Below are positions 8,031-17,009 of a DNA stretch of 49,629 nt, in pieces; the first letter of the stretch is position 1; every line of letters starts with the position of its first letter. The notes under the pieces are model-generated. The model searched no databases and was not told the DNA's origin. It saw only the letters and a list, made by a program, of their open reading frames with translations. Source of the stretch: Alphaproteobacteria bacterium. GTDB taxonomy: Bacteria; Pseudomonadota; Alphaproteobacteria; Rs-D84. The position numbers and the translations under genes are program-made. The DNA is taken from positions 1 through 49,629 of the forward strand of contig JBAYXF010000002.1 in NCBI GenBank assembly GCA_041673665.1, in the 5' to 3' direction.

Positions 8031-8058
8031 TTGATTTTTTGTATCAGTTGGTTATAAT
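8031..8058 (+). promoter_or_regulatory. sigma70-type promoter of tRNA-Gln (TTGATT-16-TATAAT)
   Basis: -35 at 8031..8036 and -10 at 8053..8058. The tRNA 5' end lies 14 nt downstream. Confidence 0.55.
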
Positions 8059-8071
8059 CTTGGGGCTTTGA

Positions 8072-8145
8072 TGGGCCATCGTCTAACGGTAGGACAAGAG
8101 ATTTTGGTTCTCTTTATCGCGGTTCGAATCCGTGTGGCCCAACCA
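8072..8145 (+). tRNA. tRNA-Gln (anticodon UUG)
   Basis: Cloverleaf folded by hand. Acceptor TGGGCCA/TGGCCCA, anticodon stem AGAGA/TCTCT with loop TTTTGGT, T-loop GGTTCGAATCC, and an encoded CCA. Confidence 0.9.
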
Positions 8146-8154
8146 AAAAATTTC

Positions 8155-8181
8155 CGCACCCACTTGGGTGCGATAATTTTT
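8155..8181 (+). terminator. rho-independent terminator between the two tRNAs
   Basis: Stem CGCACCC/GGGTGCG with loop ACTT, followed by ATAATTTTT. Confidence 0.55.
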
Positions 8182-8238
8182 ATAATTATTCTTGAAAATT
8201 CAGCTTTTTCATTATAAGCTGGCAAAAGCTTGCTACAC

Positions 8239-8313
8239 GGTCCCATCGTCTAGCGGTTAGGACGCCAGATTCTCATTCTGAAAACACGGGTTCGATTCCC
8301 GTTGGGACCGCCA
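8239..8313 (+). tRNA. tRNA-Glu (anticodon read as CUC)
   Basis: Acceptor GGTCCCA/TGGGACC and a D-arm TCGTCTAGCGGTTAGGAC typical of tRNA-Glu. The anticodon loop is TTCTCAT with U33 and A37. T-loop GGGTTCGATTCCC, and an encoded CCA. Confidence 0.85.
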
Positions 8314-8340
8314 AAATCTTCTCTGTTTTTTTATTATCAC

Positions 8341-8727
8341 CTAGGGCTTTAATACCTTACGCGCCTGCTCTAACAAATCTATTGCTTTATCTATACTAAT
8401 GCTGTCTGTGATCGTCCCCGGGGTTTGTTTTGCTGGCTTGGCCGTACCAATTGGTTTTTCGTTCGGAACGGTTATATCGGCGTTCATAAACTTTCCATCT
8501 TTTATCAGCTTTTTAACGCCGGCAATGGTCATACCACGATCATACAGCAATTCGCGAACCTGCTTCAAGGCGGCAACTGTTTCGGGACGATAATAGCGAC
8601 GTCCGCCCGCGCCCGTTGCTGGCTTAATTGAAACAGGAAACTGCTTTTCCCAATAGCGCAAAGTATGCGCGGGAATATCCAACTGTTTTGCTACTTCGTT
8701 AATAGAAATAAACGGTTCATTCGCCAT
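8341..8727 (-). CDS. MerR-family HTH transcriptional regulator
   Basis: The N-terminal [24 protein letters not shown]...[11 protein letters not shown] is a MerR-type winged HTH. The start overlaps the gyrA stop by 11 nt. Confidence 0.8.
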   Translation of the reverse strand: MANEPFISINEVAKQLDIPAHTLRYWEKQFPVSIKPATGAGGRRYYRPETVAALKQVRELLYDRGMTIAGVKKLIKDGKFMNADITVPNEKPIGTAKPAKQTPGTITDSISIDKAIDLLEQARKVLKP

Positions 8728-11407
8728 CGGCTATTTCCTCGGATTCTTCTTCTTTTTCAATTGCTGTTGCACTGATAACGCGTTCATCGTCCGCTGTGCG
8801 GAACAATGTTACGCCCGCTGTTGCACGACCCGCGATACGTACCGCATCCGCCGGGGTTCTGATGATTTTTCCGCCATCTGTAACCATCATAATGTCATAG
8901 TTTTCATCAATTGGGAAGCTGCCCGCGACCGCGGTATTTTTACCACCCAGTTTAATTGCGGTAATACCCGAACCGCCACGATGGGTCAAACGATATTCAT
9001 AAGAACTGGTGCGTTTTCCAAATCCATTTTCACTGATGGTTAAAATAAATTGTTCATCGCGTGCCATCTCCGCCATTGTTTCTTCGCCCAAAACAACGCT
9101 TGTTGTTTCTTCTTCGTCGCCTGCATCTTCTTCGGCGCCATCTGCACGACGCAGTGCGCGGCTTTGTTTAATGTATGCAGCACGTGTTTCAGCATCTGCG
9201 TCCGAATGATTCAGCATTACCATGCCAATGATTGTATCATCTTTGCCCAATTTAATTGCGCGAACACCTGTTGAATTACGACTGGCGAACACACGAATTT
9301 CTGTAACAGGGAATCTGATGCAACGACCACAATAAGTACTTAAGAACACATCTTGATTTTCATTACACAGCATAACACTGACCAAGCTTTCGTCATCTTC
9401 CAATTTCATTGCAATCTTTCCGTTCGCGCGTATGCTTTCAAAGTCTGAAAAATCATTTCTGCGGATCGTCCCCATGCTGGTGGCAAACATCAAGAAGGTT
9501 CCAGCCTCGACATCTGGCACTGGTAAAATTGCTGTAATTGTTTCGCCATCAGACAAAGGCAAAAGATTTACCAATGGACGACCCTTGGCACTGGCGGCCG
9601 CTTCGGGTAATTTATAAGTTTTCAAGCGATAACACATTCCCTTGGAACTGAAGAACATCAACGGGGTATGAGTATTTGCAACAAATAGTTGTGATACATA
9701 ATCATCTTCTTTGGTCTTCATCGCATTACGCCCCTTGCCCCCGCGTTTTTGTGCACGATAAGTATCCAGCGCAACACGTTTGATATATCCAGTATTTGAA
9801 ACCGTTACAACCATATCTTCGCGCGCTATTAAATCTTCTATATCCATATCAACTTCGGCATCTGAAATTATTGTTCTGCGTGGAACAGACCAATTATCAC
9901 GAACAGAGTTTGTTTCATCACGGATTATTTGAACAATGCGTTCATGGCTGCCCAAGATATCCAACAATTCTTTGATAATTCCACCCAAATCAACCAGATC
10001 TTTGTGGATTTTTTCACGTTCTAGTCCGGTCAAGCGATGTAATTGCAATTCTAATATAGCCTTTGCTTGATCTTCACTCATGCGGAACATGCCGTTTTCA
10101 TATTCTGTATTTGGATCATCAATTAATTTAATATAGCTTTCTATATCTGATGCCTTCCAGCTGCGCGCAACTAATTCCATTCGCGCGGCTTCGGGGGATT
10201 CGCTGCCCTTGATCAATTCTATAATTTCATCTAAATTTCCAACTGCAACTGATAGCCCCAGTAAAGTGTGCGCTTTATTTCGTGCCTTGTTCAATTCAAA
10301 TATAGTTCTGCGGCGAATAACATCTATGCGGAAATCAATAAACGCATCCAATACCATACGAACATTAAACAGCATTGGCTGGCCACGATTTAACGCCATC
10401 ATATTTACAGGAAAGCTGCTTTGTAATTCTGTATATTGGAACAATTGATTCAAAACGACATCAGCAATCGCATCGCGTTTTAATTCAATTACTATGCGTA
10501 CGCCTTCTTTGCTGGTTTCATCACGAATTTCCCCGATGCCTTCGACCCGTTTTTCTTTGGATAGATTTACTATTTTTATAATTAACCCGGCTTTGTTAAC
10601 CTGGTACGGAATTTCATCGACTATGATTGCTTGTTTTTCTTTCATGTCCTCGACATGGGTTTTTGCACGGACAATCACACTGCCACGACCAGTCGTATGC
10701 GCTTTATATGCCGCGCTGCGACCCATCATGATTCCGCCGGTTGGGAAATCAGGTCCCTGAATAATTTCAAATAATTCTTCGTCAGATATATCTTTGTTCT
10801 CTAATACCGCCAAAACACCATCGCAGACTTCGCCCAAATTATATGTTGGAACATTTGTTGCCATACCAACTGCAATTCCACTGCCGCCATTTACCAAGAA
10901 ATTTGGAAATTTTGCTGGCAAAACCTGGGGCTCTTGCAAACTGCCGTCAAAGTTTGGCATCCATTCAATGGTATCTTTATCCATATCATCCATCAAAGAC
11001 GCACCCAGCTTGGACAATCTGGCTTCGGTGTAACGCATTGCCGCGGGCTTGTCCCCGTCCATACTACCAAAATTTCCCTGTCCCTGGACCAAACAGGCCC
11101 CCATAGAAAAATCTTGGCCCATACGAACCATGGCCTCATAAATACTACTGTCGCCGTGTGGGTGGTATTTACCCATAACATCACCAACAATACGCGCACA
11201 TTTTACAGTTGCACGGGTTGCTGGCGCCACATCGTTCATAACATACATAATTCTGCGATGCACGGGCTTGCACCCGTCACGAACATCCGGCAACGCACGA
11301 TCCATAATAACCGACATAGCATAGTCTAAAAAGCTGCCACGCATTTCTTGTTCTAGTGCGCGTGTTGGTGCTTTGATTTGTGTGGAATTTTCATTGATTT
11401 CTGACAT
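8717..11407 (-). CDS. gyrA: DNA gyrase subunit A
   Basis: Motifs [41 protein letters not shown], and C-terminal beta-pinwheel repeats. The ATG at 11407 is preceded by GGAG. The upstream in-frame ATG at 11464 adds a non-conserved extension. Confidence 0.97.
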   Translation of the reverse strand: MSEINENSTQIKAPTRALEQEMRGSFLDYAMSVIMDRALPDVRDGCKPVHRRIMYVMNDVAPATRATVKCARIVGDVMGKYHPHGDSSIYEAMVRMGQDFSMGACLVQGQGNFGSMDGDKPAAMRYTEARLSKLGASLMDDMDKDTIEWMPNFDGSLQEPQVLPAKFPNFLVNGGSGIAVGMATNVPTYNLGEVCDGVLAVLENKDISDEELFEIIQGPDFPTGGIMMGRSAAYKAHTTGRGSVIVRAKTHVEDMKEKQAIIVDEIPYQVNKAGLIIKIVNLSKEKRVEGIGEIRDETSKEGVRIVIELKRDAIADVVLNQLFQYTELQSSFPVNMMALNRGQPMLFNVRMVLDAFIDFRIDVIRRRTIFELNKARNKAHTLLGLSVAVGNLDEIIELIKGSESPEAARMELVARSWKASDIESYIKLIDDPNTEYENGMFRMSEDQAKAILELQLHRLTGLEREKIHKDLVDLGGIIKELLDILGSHERIVQIIRDETNSVRDNWSVPRRTIISDAEVDMDIEDLIAREDMVVTVSNTGYIKRVALDTYRAQKRGGKGRNAMKTKEDDYVSQLFVANTHTPLMFFSSKGMCYRLKTYKLPEAAASAKGRPLVNLLPLSDGETITAILPVPDVEAGTFLMFATSMGTIRRNDFSDFESIRANGKIAMKLEDDESLVSVMLCNENQDVFLSTYCGRCIRFPVTEIRVFASRNSTGVRAIKLGKDDTIIGMVMLNHSDADAETRAAYIKQSRALRRADGAEEDAGDEEETTSVVLGEETMAEMARDEQFILTISENGFGKRTSSYEYRLTHRGGSGITAIKLGGKNTAVAGSFPIDENYDIMMVTDGGKIIRTPADAVRIAGRATAGVTLFRTADDERVISATAIEKEEESEEIADGE

Positions 11408-11507
11408 AAAAAATACTCCGTTTTTTAGTGTTATAAACATAGCAAATTGCTGGGTTTCGGGCAAGAAAATAATCCAAAAAAATGCGATTTTTATATAAAT
11501 AAAATTA

Positions 11508-11535
11508 TTGACAAATATAATTTTGTGTTTATAAT
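11508..11535 (+). promoter_or_regulatory. near-consensus sigma70 promoter (TTGACA-16-TATAAT)
   Basis: -35 TTGACA at 11508..11513 and -10 TATAAT at 11530..11535, about 35 nt upstream of ORF 11570. Confidence 0.55.
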
Positions 11536-11569
11536 GGTTTCGTCAACAAATAATAAAAAGGTATAAAAA

Positions 11570-11905
11570 ATGGCAAGTAAGAAAACATTATATAAAGTCG
11601 GGGATCCAATAACATTTAGTCACCACGTTTCCTATTGTACTTTTGTTATAACATCTAAAGACGAAGTCAGATTCTCTCGTTCTTCTGGGGAAATTATAGA
11701 AGGTAAAGTTTATGGCATAGCCCCCGACGAAAGAATATATGGGAAAAATCTTGATAAACAATTTAATAGGAAAAATATTTCAGAAAACGATATGAAATTT
11801 AAATTTTTTGCGGTTTTCAACAGAGGCTCCGGTATGGCATTTGGAGAAACTGCTGCAATCGCAAAAAAAGGCCTATTAACTAAATATGTTGCAAATACTA
11901 AATAA
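11570..11905 (+). CDS. hypothetical protein (111 aa), no family recognised
   Basis: ORF directly downstream of a consensus promoter. The product is soluble and basic. Confidence 0.5.
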   Translation: MASKKTLYKVGDPITFSHHVSYCTFVITSKDEVRFSRSSGEIIEGKVYGIAPDERIYGKNLDKQFNRKNISENDMKFKFFAVFNRGSGMAFGETAAIAKKGLLTKYVANTK

Positions 11906-11920
11906 TAAAAGGCAGATATA

Positions 11921-12034
11921 ATGGAACCTATGATTTTACTTGGGGCAATTAAATCAATCGCTGCGATTTTATTCGTATGGTGTTTATTTACCGAATTTTT
12001 AATCTGGGCAAAAATAATTGAACGCCAAAAATAA
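11921..12034 (+). CDS. possible small membrane peptide (37 aa)
   Basis: ATG at 11921 with AAAAGG 9 nt upstream. The product is MEPMILLGAIKSIAAILFVWCLFTEFLIWAKIIERQK, a single TM helix. It is below the ORF-track length cut-off and found by hand. Confidence 0.3.
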   Translation: MEPMILLGAIKSIAAILFVWCLFTEFLIWAKIIERQK

Positions 12035-12101
12035 CTTTGCGCTGTAAATTTAGGATGTTTTTTAAATGCGGCTGAACACAGAAATAATCATCAGATTTTA
12101 C

Positions 12102-12130
12102 TTGCAAATCGGCAAAACCTGTGGTTAAAT
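12102..12130 (+). promoter_or_regulatory. candidate rpmH promoter (TTGCAA-17-TTAAAT)
   Basis: Hexamers at 12102..12107 and 12125..12130 with a 17-nt spacer. The match is weaker than for the other promoters. Confidence 0.35.
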
Positions 12131-12162
12131 GCCCTAGCAATTAAAAAGAAAGAGATTTAGAA

Positions 12163-12315
12163 ATGGCAACCAAAAGAACATATCAACCATCAAAAACCCG
12201 TCGAGTAAAAACCCATGGTTTTCGTGCAAAGATGGCAACAAAAAGTGGCCGTGATGTATTAAATCGTCGCCGTGCCAAAGGACGCGCACGCGTCGCGGTA
12301 TCTGCAGTCAGATAA
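12163..12315 (+). CDS. rpmH: 50S ribosomal protein L34
   Basis: Hand-translated 50 aa: [50 protein letters not shown], which is the L34 signature. It is below the ORF-track cut-off. Confidence 0.9.
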   Translation: MATKRTYQPSKTRRVKTHGFRAKMATKSGRDVLNRRRAKGRARVAVSAVR

Positions 12316-12319
12316 AAAA

Positions 12320-12341
12320 CCGCCCATTCGGGCGGTTTTTT
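12320..12341. terminator. bidirectional rho-independent terminator (rpmH / convergent gene)
   Basis: AAAAAA CCGCCC ATTC GGGCGG TTTTTT. Confidence 0.7.
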
Positions 12342-12352
12342 AATTTATATGT

Positions 12353-13227
12353 TTATCCGTATTTTCTAACATTCCACAAATTTTCTAACAACCAGTGCCC
12401 ATTTGGCAGCAAATCCAAACCAATTGCCGTATCTTCTACCTTAAACCCACGCGATTTATAAAAATCGCTAAAATCTGCCGCTATTTTTATCAACTCAATA
12501 ATTTTATTGGGGGATATATCAAGATAACTATCAAAAAACGATGGATTTTGATTACGATAAATCATTTCTTGTTCGGCAATTGTAATATTTCGGTACTTTG
12601 CGCATGCTTCCAGTCTAGTTTTTCTTTTCTGCTCGGTAAATTTTTCATCTTCAAACCAAAAATCTAGATACAAGAACGGATTTTCCAGCAAATCTCGCAG
12701 GGGGGGGCAAACGACTTGGTTTTTACCACCGCGCTTGGTACAACCAGACCTTTGGACAATTCTTGCATTTCAAATCCACTGGGCAAGAAATCAATAACCA
12801 ATCCGTCATTGATAAAAGACATTGCACAAATTGTGCTGGCTGTATCGCGATTCGTCCCATAAATCCATACGCTTGGTGTCCAACCTTCTTGTTTGGCGCT
12901 CAAAATTATATCTGTAATTCTTGTAAAATCGGTTCTAATAATTCCTGAAATCCCATCGCGATTCGGTGGTAATTTTGGATGGTCAAATCTTACACAGGCG
13001 TTTCCACACCCTATATCTTTATTTTTATCCATAAATTTTTCAAGCGCGGTGATTATTTCAGATTTTTTATCCGTATCAACCAATAATACATCCACGCTTG
13101 GCAAGCCAGATTGCCAAAGGTCTATTCCACCATTCCATTTCAAAAAATTTGGGCGGCGAAGACTATCCAAAGAATCATAATCGTATGGATTATGATCGGA
13201 TAGCATTTCAATCATTGGTTTTCCCAT
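12353..13227 (-). pseudogene. frameshift-interrupted gene of unknown function (ORFs 12664..13227 and 12353..12691 join across a C8 tract)
   Basis: The 187-aa ORF ends 12 codons after a C8 run (G8 on the plus strand, 12700..12707). The overlapping 112-aa ORF has only a TTG start and no SD. One extra C (or 2 fewer) fuses them into ...KSFAPPLRDLLENPFLYLDFW..., about 290 aa. Confidence 0.55.
12700..12707. repeat. G8/C8 homopolymer at the frameshift site
   Basis: Counted directly: g at 12700 plus ggggggg at 12701..12707. Confidence 0.95.
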
Positions 13228-13946
13228 TCACAAATAATGCTGGCGTTTTCAATATCGCCAGTTTTTATTTTATGGCGGCTGGTCAGCCCATTTATTGCCG
13301 TTTCTATTATCACATCTGTCGTATCAAAAGGGATTTCTTTTTTGAAATTAAGAAAAATTTTGCGCAGCCTGTGCGTATCACGAAAATCAAATCCAACGCT
13401 TTCGGTTGCCCATTTTGCATAAATCGCATTATTTACGTGTTGGTTCACATCAACATCATCATAACGAATCAAAAATTGTGTGTCTTTTTCTGTCGGCGCA
13501 AAATCTGGAAATTTATCAAATGGTAAATCCAATGCGCGCGGCGCGCCATCTGTCCAATCCGCCGGCAGATAATCATTCAGACGGATTGGCCTGCGCACAG
13601 CGGTATTTATCAAAATCCATTGGCTGGTTGCGCGAACCATCAGCCGTCCGTCCAACCCATGAACTTCAAAATCACGAACCGCCTTTAACGGTCCATGCGC
13701 CGCCGGCCAAGTTGTAATAACCAGCTCGTCCGATTCGCGTGGCAGTTCAACAATATCCACCAAATAATGCGTTACAACCCATGCTGTTCCTTTTTCTATA
13801 CAAAACACGCGTCCAGCCCCCAAAATTTCAGCATGAGTATCTGCAACATCCTGCAAATAGTTCATCAAAATAACGGGGCGAATAAATCCATGTTTGTCGC
13901 ACTGATATGTTTTTACTATTTTGTTTTCAGTGTATTTATTGTTCAT
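13212..13946 (-). CDS. acyl-ACP thioesterase (FatA/FatB-type, double hot-dog)
   Basis: 244 aa. The pattern ...AWVVTHYLVDIVELP...ITTWP...RDFEV...SQWILIN...YDDVDVNQHVNNAIYAKWATE matches the acyl-ACP thioesterase family (D.N.HVNN motif). The start overlaps the valS stop by 11 nt. Confidence 0.75.
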   Translation of the reverse strand: MNNKYTENKIVKTYQCDKHGFIRPVILMNYLQDVADTHAEILGAGRVFCIEKGTAWVVTHYLVDIVELPRESDELVITTWPAAHGPLKAVRDFEVHGLDGRLMVRATSQWILINTAVRRPIRLNDYLPADWTDGAPRALDLPFDKFPDFAPTEKDTQFLIRYDDVDVNQHVNNAIYAKWATESVGFDFRDTHRLRKIFLNFKKEIPFDTTDVIIETAINGLTSRHKIKTGDIENASIICEWENQ

Positions 13947-16326
13947 TTTGTTTTACCACTATATCAAATTTATCACCAGATTCTATCGAGTCTGCGCGCG
14001 ATCCAGATTTTATAACACCATTTAGTTCTTTTGGAATTTCAAAATCTAAAATTACTTTTTCCAATTTTGCGCCATTACCCAATTTATAATCCGTACGCAA
14101 TCCACGAATTCGTTTTAGTACATCCAGCGCAGTTTGCATTTGCGAAACATCTGTATCTCTTTCTTTTTGAAAGACAGGATACTGGGTTAAATGCAAAGTT
14201 TTAGATTCGTCTGCATATATTTTCTGATACAGCTCTTCTGTAATAAATGGCACAAACGGTGCATACAAACCAATGATTTCACGCAAAACTTCCCACAGCG
14301 TCCACTGTGCAGCAGATTTAGATTCTGCACCATAATTTTCAGGACTCCAAAATCTGTCTTTAATGAATTCCAAGTATTGATCACAAAATACATCATAAAA
14401 GAAAGTATCAATAGCCGCACGTGCGTTAAAAGTATCATATTTATCCATATATTTTCGCACTTCGGCAATTGTTTTATTCAATTCAACCAACAACCATCTG
14501 TCTTCTATAAATCTGGAATTTATTTCTGTCGGGTTTGATTTTTCGTCAAAATCTTTCAAGTTCATTAAAACATATTTTGATGCATTCCAAAGTTTAGTAA
14601 GCAATTTAGTACCGCGTTTAACCTCGTCCTCGGAATATCTTAAGTCCCCACCAATTGGCGCAGTTGAAACCCAATAACGAAGTGCATCAGCACCATATTT
14701 TTCAATTGTATCCAACGGGTCTGTGCCGTTCCCCTTGGTCTTGGACATTTTTTTTCCTTTGGAATCGCGAACCAGTCCGTGGAAATTAACCGTTTTGAAC
14801 GGCACCTTGTTCATGACATACATCCCCATCATTACCATTCTGGCAACCCAGAAAAATATAATATCTGCCGCGGTATATAATAAATCTGTTGGATAATATT
14901 TTTCCAGCTCTGGTGTTTTATCTGGCCACCCCAGTGTTGAAAAAGGCCACAGCCCGGAGGAAAACCATGTATCCAAGCAAGATTCATCCCGTACAAGTTC
15001 TTTGTTTCCTGCTTGCTTTTTTGCATCTTCTTCGCTTTCTGCAACATAGATATTTCCATCAACGTCATACCATGCCGGGATTTGATGCCCCCACCATAAT
15101 TGACGTGAAATGCTCCATTCATGGATATCTTTTAGCCATGCCGTATATAAATTTTTTCGATGATCTGGCAAAAAGTTTAATTCCCCATTTTCTGCCACCG
15201 CCATTGCCTGAACAGATAGTTTTTCTGCATCAACAAACCATTCATCACGAACCATATATTCAATAACACAATTACCACGCTGTGAATAAGGGGTTGGAAT
15301 TGTTTTATCTTCAACCTTTACCAGCAATCCGGACGCTTCTATGTCCGCCATTATTTGTTTACGGGCTTCGAACCTGTCCATACCCTGATACTTTTTTGGA
15401 ACCTGTTCGACCGCCGCCATTTTTGCATCAGGTGTTAAAATGCAAACCGGTTCTAAATTATGACGTTGCCCAACAGCCCAGTCATCTTGGTCGTGCGCAG
15501 GTGTAATTTTTACAGCCCCTGTTCCCTTGTCCGGGTCTGCATGTTCATCTGCGATAACCGGTATTTCTATATCAGTCAGTGGAATAATCGCTGTTTGCCC
15601 GATAAACTGTTTTAATTTTTTATTTTCTGGATGAATTGCTATTGCCCTGTCCCCAAACAAAGTTTCTGGTCTGGTCGTTGCAATTTCTATGGCGCCACCA
15701 TCTTTTAATGGATAATTAAAATAATAAAACTTACCCTTTTCTTCGCGTGTTTCTATTTCCAAATCAGAAATTGTTGTTTGTTGTTTTGGACACCAGTTAA
15801 CCAATCGGCGCGCTTTGTAAATTAAACCTTCGTTGTACATTTGAACGAACAACTTTGTAACCGCACGCGATAAACCATCATCCATTGTAAAACGGGAACG
15901 CGACCAAACAGGAGTCACACCCAAAACATGTAATTGATTGACTATTTGTCCACCCTTTTCTTCTTTCCATTTGTGTGCGTAATCCAACAATTCTTGCTTT
16001 GACAGGGTGCGTGGGTTTATCCCTTTTTTAGAAAGATCCCGTTCTACTAATAATTGGGTTGCTATTGATGCATGATCGGTTCCCGGCTGCCACAAAACAT
16101 CAAAACCATCCATTCTTTTATAACGACATGTTATATCAGTTAAAACATTATCCAAGGCATGTCCCATATGCAAACTGCCCGTTATATTTGGTGGCGGCAT
16201 CATCATGCAAAAAGCAGGTTTTTTGCTTGCTACATTATTTTCCCAAAAATTGTTTTCATCCCAAAACTTTTGGATTTTTGTTTCAATTTCACGTGGGGCA
16301 ATATTTTTCCCAAGCTCGATATTCAT
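13936..16326 (-). CDS. valS: valyl-tRNA synthetase (short form, no C-terminal coiled coil)
   Basis: HIGH motif PPPNITGSLHMGHAL and KMSKS motif KMSKTKGN. The ATG at 16326 is preceded by AGGAAA. The product is 796 aa. Confidence 0.95.
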   Translation of the reverse strand: MNIELGKNIAPREIETKIQKFWDENNFWENNVASKKPAFCMMMPPPNITGSLHMGHALDNVLTDITCRYKRMDGFDVLWQPGTDHASIATQLLVERDLSKKGINPRTLSKQELLDYAHKWKEEKGGQIVNQLHVLGVTPVWSRSRFTMDDGLSRAVTKLFVQMYNEGLIYKARRLVNWCPKQQTTISDLEIETREEKGKFYYFNYPLKDGGAIEIATTRPETLFGDRAIAIHPENKKLKQFIGQTAIIPLTDIEIPVIADEHADPDKGTGAVKITPAHDQDDWAVGQRHNLEPVCILTPDAKMAAVEQVPKKYQGMDRFEARKQIMADIEASGLLVKVEDKTIPTPYSQRGNCVIEYMVRDEWFVDAEKLSVQAMAVAENGELNFLPDHRKNLYTAWLKDIHEWSISRQLWWGHQIPAWYDVDGNIYVAESEEDAKKQAGNKELVRDESCLDTWFSSGLWPFSTLGWPDKTPELEKYYPTDLLYTAADIIFFWVARMVMMGMYVMNKVPFKTVNFHGLVRDSKGKKMSKTKGNGTDPLDTIEKYGADALRYWVSTAPIGGDLRYSEDEVKRGTKLLTKLWNASKYVLMNLKDFDEKSNPTEINSRFIEDRWLLVELNKTIAEVRKYMDKYDTFNARAAIDTFFYDVFCDQYLEFIKDRFWSPENYGAESKSAAQWTLWEVLREIIGLYAPFVPFITEELYQKIYADESKTLHLTQYPVFQKERDTDVSQMQTALDVLKRIRGLRTDYKLGNGAKLEKVILDFEIPKELNGVIKSGSRADSIESGDKFDIVVKQNEQ

Positions 16327-16413
16327 ATTGTTTCCTTTTTTCACCAGCATTTTACAATTAAAAACGCTGCGTTTCAAGCGCAGCATTGCGAAATACACAA
16401 ATTGTGTATTCCG

Positions 16414-16938
16414 CTATTTAATAACCACTACTTCCCATTTGCTTATATCTAATTTTTGCAAATCTTTTGGTAAATCGGATTTTTTCATAACATTCCATGT
16501 TTGGGTACGTCCAAATGGGCCAATTTTTCCACGAACACGTAATTTAGTTGGTTCGTTTTCTTCTTGCCAAATTACACTGCGGTAAATGCTGCCCTTTTTA
16601 GGGTCCATAATTCTTCCGCCGGAATATTCCATATCATCTTCGTCCCATTCCATATCCCAAAGAATATCCAACCCGGCCATTTTTGGTGCACCTTTAACAT
16701 TATCCGCAACACGAACAGGTTTGTTCAACGTTTCTGATATTTTACCAGTTTCTAAATCATAAAGAGCAATTATACGACCACATAAATTAGTTTTATCTTC
16801 ATTTTTGCATTCATAAAGAGCGACGATTGATTTTGGTTTGTTTATTTCATCATCAACGGTTTGATAAAATCCAGTCAATGGTGTCGCGTTCGCCGCAAAT
16901 GGCAAAAGCATCACAGCAATTAGCATAATTTTTTTCAT
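16414..16938 (-). CDS. DUF2147-like secreted protein
   Basis: Signal peptide MKKIMLIAVMLLPFAANA, then GFYQTVDDE..KPKSIVALYE..LCGRIIAL...DP..G..Y, as in DUF2147. The ATG at 16938 is preceded by AAGGA. Confidence 0.65.
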   Translation of the reverse strand: MKKIMLIAVMLLPFAANATPLTGFYQTVDDEINKPKSIVALYECKNEDKTNLCGRIIALYDLETGKISETLNKPVRVADNVKGAPKMAGLDILWDMEWDEDDMEYSGGRIMDPKKGSIYRSVIWQEENEPTKLRVRGKIGPFGRTQTWNVMKKSDLPKDLQKLDISKWEVVVIK

Positions 16939-17009
16939 TTTTATTCCTTTTTTGATTTTATATCGGACAAGTTTAAAACTAGCATACAAAAACATGAAAA
17001 GCAATTTAA

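Noticed and set aside
8052-8246. 64-aa minus-strand ORF from the track
   Set aside because: It lies antisense across tRNA-Gln, the inter-tRNA terminator and the start of tRNA-Glu. It is an artefact of that region.
9009-11329. Numerous 60-130-aa plus-strand ORFs and one 68-aa minus-strand ORF inside gyrA
   Set aside because: All are embedded in or antisense to an unambiguous gyrA reading frame. They are typical shadow ORFs.
13501-13740. GC-rich core of the thioesterase gene as a horizontal-transfer signature
   Set aside because: My hand counts show similar GC (about 50-60% per line) in parts of gyrA. In this genome GC tracks protein conservation, so composition alone cannot support transfer.
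16285-16300. parS-like sequence AATTTCACGTGGGGCA inside valS
   Set aside because: Only one half-site matches (11/16 overall), it is not palindromic, and it lies within coding sequence.
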